The notes below the pieces were generated by a model. The model was not told the origin of the DNA, did not search any database, and saw nothing but the letters and a program-made list of their open reading frames with translations. DNA of 64,000 nucleotides, taken from assembly GCA_050248915.1 (NCBI GenBank), contig JBFWRL010000003.1, positions 54,839 to 118,838 of the forward strand. The letters are read 5' to 3'. Shown in pieces: positions 19,419 to 28,600 of the stretch. How positions within the stretch are numbered: the first letter of the stretch is position 1; every line of letters begins with the position of its first letter. Made by a program: the position numbers and the translations under genes. This DNA comes from Candidatus Sericytochromatia bacterium. Its GTDB lineage: Bacteria; Cyanobacteriota; Sericytochromatia; UBA7694.

Positions 19419-20545
19419 CCAAAATGCCAGAGGGGCAACACGGCTTTGAGCCTTGCCAGAATGCCTTCTGCCTGAACGGGGGGAAAGGGCAAAAACAAAG
19501 CCCCAGGTGACAAACCCTTGAGCTGCTCCAGGCCCAACACTTCCTTTTGTCGAAACAGCCCGGTCTGTCCCGTCCGGGCTTCGTCCAGATAATAATCAGG
19601 GGGATTCTGCAGCAATCCCGTCACATAACCCGCAGCAATGGCCGTGCCCAAGACCACGCGCGGGCCACTAGGGTTCTTGGCCTGAGCTTCCCAGGTTTTG
19701 ATACGCTTTTGCAGATCAGCGAGTTCTGCCAGGGCTTTCTCCAGCTCGGGGCCCCGCTGGGGTTTGAGTGGCAAAGCCGGACTGGGGCTGATGCGGCAGA
19801 GTGCGGTCAACTCCTTGGGCAAAAAACGGCCCAACAGGACGACCTCCAGACCCGCACACATCAGCAGGGCCAAAAGGGTCTGTTGATTAAAATGCCAGAG
19901 ATGATCAAAAATAGTCAGGTCAAATGCCGTTTGGCTGTAATCAGGGACTTGAATCAATAGATAGCCGCCGGGTTTGAGCAGGCGGGGCAAAGCCCGCAAA
20001 TACGCCAGGGGATCGGGCAGATGTTCAAGCACATGGATCAAACTGAGCAAATCATATTGGCCGGGAATGGCTTCCAGTGGGCCAGAAAAGAACTGCTCGG
20101 CAGGAATATGCTTTTCTCTCAGGGCAGAGGGCCGGGGCCAAGGCTCATAACCACAACCCAACCAAGCGGGATACAGGGCCCTTAATTCTTGCGTAAAAAA
20201 GCCGTGGTTGCAGCCCAGGTCCAAACTGCTGCCAATCCTGGGCAAAGCCACCATTTGGCTAAGCAGGTGCAGCAATTGACGCGAGCGCGGCACTGGCTGG
20301 GTAAACAAGGCCGAAAACAGACAGGGTTCGCTGCCCATTTGGGCTTCATCGAGATCATAGCGATCGTAATAATCGTTGGGCAAAATGACCTGGCTTTGCA
20401 CCAGACCACAGCGCAGACATTCATTCAGGGTTTTGTTGCCCTCAAAGGGGTGGCAATCGGATCTCACGAGTTTGTCACTGGGCAGATGTGTGGCCAAAAG
20501 TTCGGAGTCGAGACACAGAGGGCAATGCGGTTTGGAGTGATTCAT
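19412..20545 (-). CDS. class I SAM-dependent methyltransferase with N-terminal Cys4 zinc ribbon
   Basis: HCPLC ... CLRCG zinc-ribbon pairs, SAM motif I LDLGCNHGFF and motif post-I. Architecture recalls sugar C-/O-methyltransferases. Confidence 0.75.
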   Translation of the reverse strand: MNHSKPHCPLCLDSELLATHLPSDKLVRSDCHPFEGNKTLNECLRCGLVQSQVILPNDYYDRYDLDEAQMGSEPCLFSALFTQPVPRSRQLLHLLSQMVALPRIGSSLDLGCNHGFFTQELRALYPAWLGCGYEPWPRPSALREKHIPAEQFFSGPLEAIPGQYDLLSLIHVLEHLPDPLAYLRALPRLLKPGGYLLIQVPDYSQTAFDLTIFDHLWHFNQQTLLALLMCAGLEVVLLGRFLPKELTALCRISPSPALPLKPQRGPELEKALAELADLQKRIKTWEAQAKNPSGPRVVLGTAIAAGYVTGLLQNPPDYYLDEARTGQTGLFRQKEVLGLEQLKGLSPGALFLPFPPVQAEGILARLKAVLPLWHFGY

Positions 20546-21507
20546 TGTTGAAAACCCGCTCTGTGTAAGTCCGCAAATTTTTGGCAGGCCGCAGACAGAT
20601 CCACAGGCCGCCAGTCGGGCAAAAACCGCTGCAACTTGTCTATGGCCAAGCGGGTGTCACACGGGCGCAAAAAGGGCTCTGAGAGGTCTTTCAACCCTAT
20701 CTTTTGAATCAGCCCAGTGTCTACCCCCAAACACTGGGCCAAACCCTGGGCCAGTTCAAAGCGATTGAGTCCCTCTGGCCCCCCCAGATTGTAGACACCA
20801 CGGGCATTTCGCCTCAACAACTCAGCAATGGCCTGCAAGGCATCAGAAAGCAAAAGGGGGTTAAAGATCTGATCCGCTGCCGCTCGTATCGATCGGCCCG
20901 CTTGCCAGGCTGTGGCCATTTCACCGAGCAAGCTGCCCGTTGAAAGCTGCAGGTCATAGAGTTTGGTTAGGCGCAACAGGAGGTAATCAGATTCAGCCCA
21001 GTGCTGTGTGAGAGCGGATTCCAGGGCAGATTTTTGTTGGCCATAAGGATTGCGCGGGGCCAACACCGCCCCCTCATCATAAGGAGCGTGATCCCCCCCA
21101 AAGACATAGTCTGAGCTAAACAAAACAGGAACAATTCCCCTGGCAGAAAGCGACTCAGCCAAAGCCAGGGGGCCCGCTTGATTGATCTGAGCAGTGTTCT
21201 CGGGAGCCTCAAAACACTCCCGCAAGCTGGGTTTGGCGCCACAGATCAGAGCAAATTGCACCTGAGACAAAATCGGCTCAAAAGGGGCCAAATCCGGTTT
21301 GGCCAAATCGAGGAAATGGGGCAAAGCTGGATGGTTGTGCTGACTCTGCCAAACTTGCCAACCCCCCGCTGCGGGCCCTGTCGGGGACATAAAATGAGCC
21401 AAAAGGGCCCGGCCCAAATAGCCGGAGCCGCCCAAAATCAAGAGACCAGGCTGCACACTGGGCAACGCTGAAGGCGGTGCTGGGAACAGAGGAGAATGGT
21501 TGATCAC
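20542..21507 (-). CDS. RmlD-like SDR (dTDP-4-dehydrorhamnose reductase family / sugar nucleotide-binding protein)
   Basis: Rossmann motif LLILGGSGYLGRAL. SSDYVFGG ... PYDE ... PRNPYGQQK (YxxxK), typical of the RmlD substrate-binding domain. Its stop overlaps the downstream start (ATGA). Confidence 0.75.
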   Translation of the reverse strand: MINHSPLFPAPPSALPSVQPGLLILGGSGYLGRALLAHFMSPTGPAAGGWQVWQSQHNHPALPHFLDLAKPDLAPFEPILSQVQFALICGAKPSLRECFEAPENTAQINQAGPLALAESLSARGIVPVLFSSDYVFGGDHAPYDEGAVLAPRNPYGQQKSALESALTQHWAESDYLLLRLTKLYDLQLSTGSLLGEMATAWQAGRSIRAAADQIFNPLLLSDALQAIAELLRRNARGVYNLGGPEGLNRFELAQGLAQCLGVDTGLIQKIGLKDLSEPFLRPCDTRLAIDKLQRFLPDWRPVDLSAACQKFADLHRAGFQQ

Positions 21508-21521
21508 TTGAGACTTATCAC

Positions 21522-22574
21522 TTAAGGCGCATCCATACGCAAAACACAGCGGCCAATTTGCTCACCCTGGCGTAGGCGATCAATCGCCCGGTTGATCTCT
21601 GCAAATGGCAGTATCTCAGTCACCAAGGGAGCCAGGTCCATTTTTCCTGCCGCGATCAGCGCCAGACAGGTGGGGATATCTTTGTCAGGCTGGGCATCCC
21701 CCCCATGGGAGCCCGTCAAAACTTTGCCAAAGTGCAAAGGCAGGGTATAAAGCGAAGCCTGAGCGCCTGCGCGGGGTACCCCCACCAAAACCACCCGGCC
21801 CTGGGGTTTGCTTAAGCGATAGGCATATTCAATCATGGCAGGCAGGCCCGTGTTTTCAATCACCACATCGGCCCCATGGGGCAAAGTTTGCGCCAATTCG
21901 GTCTGCCATTCGGGGTTTTGCACACTGAAAGTATAATCAGCCCCCATTTGTTTGGCCAAGGCCAATTTCCCGGGTTGAACATCCACGCCCACAATCGGGT
22001 GGCCGGTGGTCAATTTGGCCGCCTGAATCATGTTCAAACCCACCCCACCGGCCCCGAGGATCACCACCGACTCTCCAATCTTGAGCTGGGCATCATTTTG
22101 GATGACTCCCAAACCGGTGGTCACGGCACAGCCAAAAAGCGGAGCCAATTCTAGGGGGAAAGTCTCAGGCAGCGGGGTCAGACGGTTTTCAGCCACCACG
22201 GCATATTGGTTAAAGGTCGTGACCCACCCCGCATTGAGTTTTTGGCCACGCCAGCGATAAACCGGCGGTGGGGCGGGCAGACCTTGTCCCTCGCGCCAGT
22301 GCAAGACAACCCGCATACCCACTTGAATGCCTGTGACCCCTGGCCCGGTTTCCAGCACTGTGCCCACCCCCTCATGGCCCAGCAAATGGGGCAAAAATTT
22401 GTCGGGGCCTTTGACGGCATCAATCTCACCGATTTGAGAACCACAAATGCCCGAATAATGGACCTTTACAAGCACCTGCCCAACAGCGAGTGCTTCTGGC
22501 AGTTCCACTTCGTCCAAAATCAAGGGCTTGCCGGTTTCGGCCAGGATGGCAGCTTGCATCGTTTTGATCAACAT
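21522..22574 (-). CDS. zinc-binding alcohol dehydrogenase (MDR superfamily)
   Basis: Zn ligands in GICGSQIGE and LGHEGVGTV. NAD-binding VILGAGGVGL. Confidence 0.85.
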   Translation of the reverse strand: MLIKTMQAAILAETGKPLILDEVELPEALAVGQVLVKVHYSGICGSQIGEIDAVKGPDKFLPHLLGHEGVGTVLETGPGVTGIQVGMRVVLHWREGQGLPAPPPVYRWRGQKLNAGWVTTFNQYAVVAENRLTPLPETFPLELAPLFGCAVTTGLGVIQNDAQLKIGESVVILGAGGVGLNMIQAAKLTTGHPIVGVDVQPGKLALAKQMGADYTFSVQNPEWQTELAQTLPHGADVVIENTGLPAMIEYAYRLSKPQGRVVLVGVPRAGAQASLYTLPLHFGKVLTGSHGGDAQPDKDIPTCLALIAAGKMDLAPLVTEILPFAEINRAIDRLRQGEQIGRCVLRMDAP

Positions 22575-22586
22575 CTTGGCAGACCC

Positions 22587-23246
22587 CTATTCAAAATAAA
22601 TAAACGAATGATCCCCTGTATAACCGGTTTGGTCAAACCACCATTGCCAGCTTTCGGGGGAATAAAACGATTCACAGGTCAATTGCCAATAGAGCAAATT
22701 GGCTTTCTCAGCTTCATTGCGCCACGATTCCACCACCAAATAATGATTCTTGCCCACCCTTTGCATTTCGCGCAGGGCCAAATCCAAGTCATAACAGGGC
22801 AGGTTGTGTAAGGCATTGAGCGAGATCACCAGATCAAAGGCCTGGTCTGCAAAGGGCAGTGAGGTGGCAGATGCCTTTTGCAAAAAGGGTTTGACCTCTT
22901 CTTTGGCATGGGCCAAAGCGTATTCCGAAATATCCACACCGACCACGTTGATGCCCGGCACAGCTTGGGTCAAATCGTAAAGTAAAAAAGCTTTGCCACA
23001 GCCAATATCCAGAACTTTGTCTCCCGCTTTGAGGCCATAATGATCGCGCAAACCGTCGGCCACCAGGCGCCAACGCCCATCGTAGTGATAGCCGCCATAG
23101 CCCAGATGGCGTTCACCATCCCAATAGTCAAAGTCGAAAAGTTTGGCCCGTTGTGCCGCCTCGGCTTTGGGAAAGCCATTGACCCGGCCCAAATAATCCC
23201 GTTGGGTGGCTTTGTGTAAAGGTGAGAGAAAATCCAAATAGGCCAC
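22587..23246 (-). CDS. class I SAM-dependent methyltransferase
   Basis: Motif I VLDIGCGKAFLL and conserved YWDGERHLGYGGYHYDGRW block. The ORF opens at 23288, but GTG 23246 has an AAGGGG Shine-Dalgarno 7 nt upstream and removes the overlap with the upstream kinase gene. Confidence 0.8.
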   Translation of the reverse strand: MAYLDFLSPLHKATQRDYLGRVNGFPKAEAAQRAKLFDFDYWDGERHLGYGGYHYDGRWRLVADGLRDHYGLKAGDKVLDIGCGKAFLLYDLTQAVPGINVVGVDISEYALAHAKEEVKPFLQKASATSLPFADQAFDLVISLNALHNLPCYDLDLALREMQRVGKNHYLVVESWRNEAEKANLLYWQLTCESFYSPESWQWWFDQTGYTGDHSFIYFE

Positions 23247-23257
23247 TGTGATACCCC

Positions 23258-24289
23258 TTAAACAGGCTCGAAAGCCAAATGTTGCCACTGGCGCGTACGT
23301 GCCAAGGCTGCACGGATGCGGGCGATTTGGCGCTTTTGCGAGGCCGCAGAAAGACCCCCAGCAAAGTCGCGTCGCCGCACGGCTGAAGGACTAAAAAGCC
23401 CCATCAGGATACAGCACCATTTGAGTTGGTGTAAAGGCAATAATTGCCTGAAAAGTCGACGTTCTTCGGGGTGAGCCCCCAGTTCTTGCAACAGGGCCTC
23501 GATTTCAGACAAGGCGGCCACAGGCAATGGCACCCCCACCGAGGTCAAAAAATCTGCCAGGGTTTTTAAGCGGTGATCGATCCCTGCGTATTCAAAATCC
23601 ACAAAAGCCAATTGCCCTTCCGAACTGAGCAAGGCATTGTGAAATCCCACATCGGAGGGTGAGAGCCAAATAGAGGCCTTTTCAAAAAGGTGGGTCGGGT
23701 GGGGCCAATCCTGCGCATCTTTTTCGATTTTTTGCCAAAGTGGCAGCAATTCATGGGCAAACAATTCAGCCACCTCTGGCTCAAAAAAGGACTCAGTCTT
23801 GAATGCACTCACGCGTTTTGCCAGAGATTGTAGATGGGCTTCCAGTGAAAAGCAACTATCGGAAGCCGGGGCAAAGGCCTGAAGATCTTGTCCCGGAGGA
23901 TTAAGATCCATTAAAAACTTCAGGTATTGCTGAATATGGACAGATTGAAGCATTTCTGGGGTTATTGCCTGACCGGGTAGCCAACTTAACAGGGCCAGAT
24001 GGGCATTTTGATTATAGCCCAAAGGCTTGGGCACTGATTTCAGACCGAGCTTTTCAGCATGGCTTAAAAAATGCCATTCGGTTTGCAAGCGGGGGCGGGC
24101 ATCGGGGCAATAGGCCTTGAGAATCACAGGCCCCATCTGGGTTTGCAACTGCCAGAGCCGGTTATTGCGCCCCCCTCTGAGTGCAGTCAAATGCCCTGTT
24201 TGATTCTCTGGCGAAATGGCCAATTCCAGTCCGAGAGAGTGCAACAAAGGGACCATTTCTGCAGGGGGTGCAAGGGGAATTTCTGACAT
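23258..24289 (-). CDS. aminoglycoside phosphotransferase (APH)/choline-kinase fold family protein
   Basis: Brenner-like catalytic loop SDVGFHNALL and metal-binding VDFEYAG. First gene of the minus-strand operon. Confidence 0.7.
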   Translation of the reverse strand: MSEIPLAPPAEMVPLLHSLGLELAISPENQTGHLTALRGGRNNRLWQLQTQMGPVILKAYCPDARPRLQTEWHFLSHAEKLGLKSVPKPLGYNQNAHLALLSWLPGQAITPEMLQSVHIQQYLKFLMDLNPPGQDLQAFAPASDSCFSLEAHLQSLAKRVSAFKTESFFEPEVAELFAHELLPLWQKIEKDAQDWPHPTHLFEKASIWLSPSDVGFHNALLSSEGQLAFVDFEYAGIDHRLKTLADFLTSVGVPLPVAALSEIEALLQELGAHPEERRLFRQLLPLHQLKWCCILMGLFSPSAVRRRDFAGGLSAASQKRQIARIRAALARTRQWQHLAFEPV

Positions 24290-24357
24290 GATTCTCTTTC
24301 AAAAAAAGGCTTAGCTGAAGTATAACCTGTCAGGTGAAAATCAGTTAAACTGCAGGC

Positions 24358-25353
24358 ATGTTGATCAATTTTGACCATTATTTTCAGGCGCCCCAGGAAC
24401 GCCGTCTGCTCAGTCGCTCAGAAATCCAGGCTTTGGTTTTGCATTTGTTGCGGGGCCAAGAGATCAGTGATGTGGAGGCGCTTTCGGGGGGCTATCGCAA
24501 CCAAAATTACCGACTGACCTTTTTCAATAAAACCCCGGCCAAAGACATTGCTGAGGCGGTTTTGCGGGTCTCAGCAGATCTGAACGCTGCCGCCAAAGAA
24601 GTCACCCTCTTGCATCGGCTTACGGGAATTCTTCCCGTACCCCGGGTTTTGGCCTCTCGCCAGACTGCGGCCCACGCCTTTGCCCTGCATGAATATGTGC
24701 CTGGGGTCTTGGCCTCGGAATTACCAGAAACCCTCTCTGATTCCGCCCTGACCGCTGTTGGGGCCGCGATCGGTGTCACCTTGGCCCAGATTCACCAAAT
24801 TGAATTGCCGGGCTGCGGTTTTCTCGATGCCCAACTCCACATACCCGATCCCATGCCCGCTTTGGGAGATGCTTGGCTGGCTTACATGCGCGAAGTCTTA
24901 CATGGCAAACGGGCAGAAGAACGCCTGGGACGTGACCTCTGCAAACAGCTTTTGCGTCTGCTGACCCAAAACGAAGCACTTTTGCGAGATTTAACCCCCA
25001 GCAATCGCCTCGTACACTCAGATTTTAACCTCAAAAATTTGTTGCTGGCCGAAGACGAGGGCTATTGGCAAGTCAAAGCGGTGCTTGACTGGGAGTTTGC
25101 CCATGCAGGTTCACCGTTGGTCGATCTGGGTAATTTTTTTCGCTTCGAAAAAGACCTGCCACGGGCCCTCTTTGAGGGCTTTTTGCAGACCTATCAGGCC
25201 GAGGCCGGCCCTCTGCCAGTTCAATGGCGGGAGCAGGCCCGACTCCTGGATTTGGCGGCGATCTGTAATTTTTTGGATGCCCCAGAAAGCAAGCCGATCA
25301 CCTTGCAAACAGTCAGGCGAATCGTGGACGAGACTTTGGCCAGCTTTGCCTGA
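24358..25353 (+). CDS. aminoglycoside phosphotransferase family protein
   Basis: HxDxxxxN catalytic loop LVHSDFNLKNLLL and VLDWEFAHAG. Diverges from the operon above across a 68-nt gap. Confidence 0.75.
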   Translation: MLINFDHYFQAPQERRLLSRSEIQALVLHLLRGQEISDVEALSGGYRNQNYRLTFFNKTPAKDIAEAVLRVSADLNAAAKEVTLLHRLTGILPVPRVLASRQTAAHAFALHEYVPGVLASELPETLSDSALTAVGAAIGVTLAQIHQIELPGCGFLDAQLHIPDPMPALGDAWLAYMREVLHGKRAEERLGRDLCKQLLRLLTQNEALLRDLTPSNRLVHSDFNLKNLLLAEDEGYWQVKAVLDWEFAHAGSPLVDLGNFFRFEKDLPRALFEGFLQTYQAEAGPLPVQWREQARLLDLAAICNFLDAPESKPITLQTVRRIVDETLASFA

Positions 25354-25459
25354 ATTTAACCCCGTAACAAGCCGCACTTGGACATTTTTGCTTCAGAATC
25401 ATTTGATTTGGGGTATAAGTAGAGAGAGGGGTTGGGTTGAGCCCGTGAGTGTGGGTAAT

Positions 25460-25490
25460 CAAGATCAACCTGACTGCGCAGGTTATCTTG
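25460..25490 (+). promoter_or_regulatory. stem-loop in the 272-nt leader of the giant gene
   Basis: caagatcaacctg / caggttatcttg forms 6+6 bp with one bulge and a 6-nt loop. Followed by the direct repeat cttgggctRcgc (x2) and a strong GAGGAG Shine-Dalgarno about 8 nt before ATG 25626. Confidence 0.35.
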
Positions 25491-25625
25491 ATCTTGGGCT
25501 ACGCAGGATTTCTTTGAGCTTGGGCTGCGCTAGTGGTATTGAAGTTGGGACCGAATTTAATGAAGTCCATCTCGGCCGATGTGCTGGGGGCTAAATTGTA
25601 AAGGGTATTTTGAGGAGTTGAAGTT

Positions 25626-28600
25626 ATGACACAGATTCAAGGCCGATCCACGCCGCTGGAAATCAACGGCAAAAAAAGTTTCGCCAGTCTCGAAGAAGCC
25701 AAAACAGCGGCTGCCAGCCATCAAGGCTCTGAGGCGATTTTACAGCGCGAAGATGGCCAATTTGAAGTGGTGAGCCTGGATACCCCCTCCTCTTTTGCGG
25801 GGGCCGTCAACCAGGCCCAACAAAAACACAAAGATCTCAAATACGAAATTAGCTTTGCCGATCTCAGTGACCCAGCTGAACTCAAATTTGAAGGTGCAGA
25901 TCGCACCGTGGCACTGAGTGTCGACAATCCCCGCGTCGACAACCCCCGCGCAGCCACCGGTGTGGCCCAAGATGTGATGGTGCATTTTTCTCAGCCCATG
26001 CCCGACAGCCAAATGGAGCAGGCCTTCGGCCAGTTTCAAACGGTGTCCAAACAAGAAATGGAAAAAGAGTTTCGCTTTGCCCCCGAAGGTTCAGACAAAT
26101 GGAAACTCTTTAAAGCCATGGAATTGGTGGGCAAGCTTGAAAATGAGTTGAGCTCGGTCAAAGACCTCGAAGCCAAACAAGTTTTAATGATGCGCAAAGC
26201 CGAAATTGTCGATTTGGTCAATCAACTCAATCAAAAACCCGAAATTCAAGCGGCGTTTGCCCGTGTGAATAAAGCAGCCATGGCCGCCGCGGGGGTCAAA
26301 CAGACAGATTTGGTGCGCCATGCCAATCATTTGCTCAGTCAATCGTTCCGCACCTCTTTGCAAGCTTTGCCCCCCGCCCAACAGCAAGAAACCCTCAAAA
26401 AAGAACTGGCCAAAATTCAGTTTTTTGATCCCCAATATGGGGCGGTGGTCGCCGGAGAACTGGGTTCACGCTTTTTGGTCGACGAGGGGCTGAGTCAATT
26501 GCGCGGCCTCGATGAAGAGGGCAAAGCCAAGGTCAAAGTCAATGTGGAATATTTGATCGACGATTTGGTCAAAGAGGCCAATTCCACCGCCTCAAATGCC
26601 TTTAAACCCCTGCGTGAATTGCACAAGATCATGACTCAATTGCATCCTGAGCAAGTGGGGCGTTTTAAAGACCTGCTGGTGCGTTTTTCGATCAATATCG
26701 AATCCATGGACGCCAAAGGCATTGTCAATGCAATCAAAGAACTCGAAGGCCTGCCCCCAGATTTAAAAAATGAATTGACCAAATTGGACTGGCACGGAGA
26801 ATTGCGCAAGGTGCTCAGTTCGGTGGCTGCCGTCGGAACCTTGATCAGCCTCGGTCGCAGTGCCGAGGATATTCAGGCCAAGGGCTGGAACCTCAAAAGT
26901 GGGGTGGATCTGGTCAAAAACACCGCAAGCATGATTGGCTCCTCCAAAGACGTGGCCCAAACAGCGGGCATGGTCTCAAAATGGGCCGGCATGGAAAATC
27001 TCGGCACCCGCCTCAACAGCCTGGGCAAAAGCCTGGATGCCATGAAAATGGTCAAATGGGCCGGCCCCGTGGCCAGCGCCATTTCGGGAGGCTGGGATCT
27101 CTATGAAATGAGCAAAGAGATTGGCAACGAAGACAAGGCCGGTGCTTGGCTCAAGGGTCTTTCGGGCGGGGCCGGGCTGGTCGCAGCCGGAGCTGGGGCC
27201 GTCGCCGCTTGGTATGGTGCTGGGGCCACCGCAACAGCCATTGCTGGGCCCATTGGCCTGGCTGCCGTGGCTGTGGCTGCTGCCGCAGCAATCACCTATT
27301 CATTTGTGGCCGAAAGTGAAGAAACGGGGGAGTTTCGCAAAGATCTTCGGGCCTTGGGCATTTCTGCCCAAGAAGAACAAATAGAATCCCAACTCAATCA
27401 GGTCTGGCAAGGCAAAGATCAACAGGGCCACCCGATTTTGGTTCCCGAAAAAGGCTTTGCTTGGGCCAAAGACAAGCCCGTTGAGGAGCGCGCCCGGCTG
27501 ATCAACAAATTGATGGATCAAGCCACCCATGCTCCCCAAGAGAAATTGATCGCAATGCTCTTAAACGATGGCATAGGCAAAAACAAAGACGCCCAAGGCC
27601 AAGACGATTTTGACCGCATCCTCTCCCGCACCGATCCCCGCCGACTGGCCGCAGAGTTGGATGATCAAGCCATTAAAAAGATCTTTGAAACCCTCAAAAG
27701 TCGCCCCCATCCCGAAGCCAAACAGGCGCTTGAAGCGCTCTCATTGGGTCTGGCCGACGGCAAGCGCCTGTCTCTTTTGCAAAAACCCACGGGGGCCCCT
27801 TTGGATTTTGTCAGCCAATTTTCAGCGCAGACCGTCAAAGAAATGGCTGAAGCAGTCATGAAAGGCATGACCCTGGGCAAAAAAGAGATCTTCATGACCC
27901 GTTTGGTGGTTGACCAGCCCACCGAAAAACTGGCAGAAATTCTGGGCAGAGGTGGCAAAGATTTTGTCGAAAAACTGGTTTCAGAAATTCCCAAACAAGA
28001 CACCGCCAAATTATTGGGGCGTTTTACCCAAATTGACAAAGCCCTGAGTGAAACCGAGACCCAATTGCAGGCCGCAAAAGCAGCAGGCCAGCCCACCGGG
28101 GCCCTGGAACTCAAACAAAAAACCTTGCAACACGCCCTGGATGTGCCCCTGAACAATTTGGCCCGTGTGATTGCCGACCGCAGCAACGCTTGGTTTGGCT
28201 CCAGCTATCAAGACGTGATTAAAAATACAATTCAGCCCGAGATCACGCGCCACCTCAGCCCAGAGACCTTGGAGCATGTCTCGCGGCGTTTGATGAATTC
28301 CCCCTTTGGTGCACCCGCCGATTCTGCCAAGGCCCTGGTCAAGGTTTTGCAACAGGCCACCCCCGATCAGTTTAAACAATTGATTGGCAATAATACCGAT
28401 AGCTATATCCGCCAAGTTTTGGCCAGCAGTCTTGATGCCGACCAGGCCATGGCGCTGATGGAGCGCTTTTTGCAGGGTGGCACCCAGCCTGACCGCGCTT
28501 TTCAGACCTTTGCGCTGGGTCTGATTGAAAAAGGGCACGAAAGCACGGTCAAAACCTTTCTGGCAGCCCGGCCCCACCTGGATTTAGCGGGTGTGCCTGC

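Noticed and set aside
25085-25594. 169-aa ORF bridging the APH-like gene and the giant-gene leader
   Set aside because: It is out of frame within a gene that has clear APH motifs. The extension into the intergenic region has Cys/Gly/Arg-rich non-genic composition and no SD.
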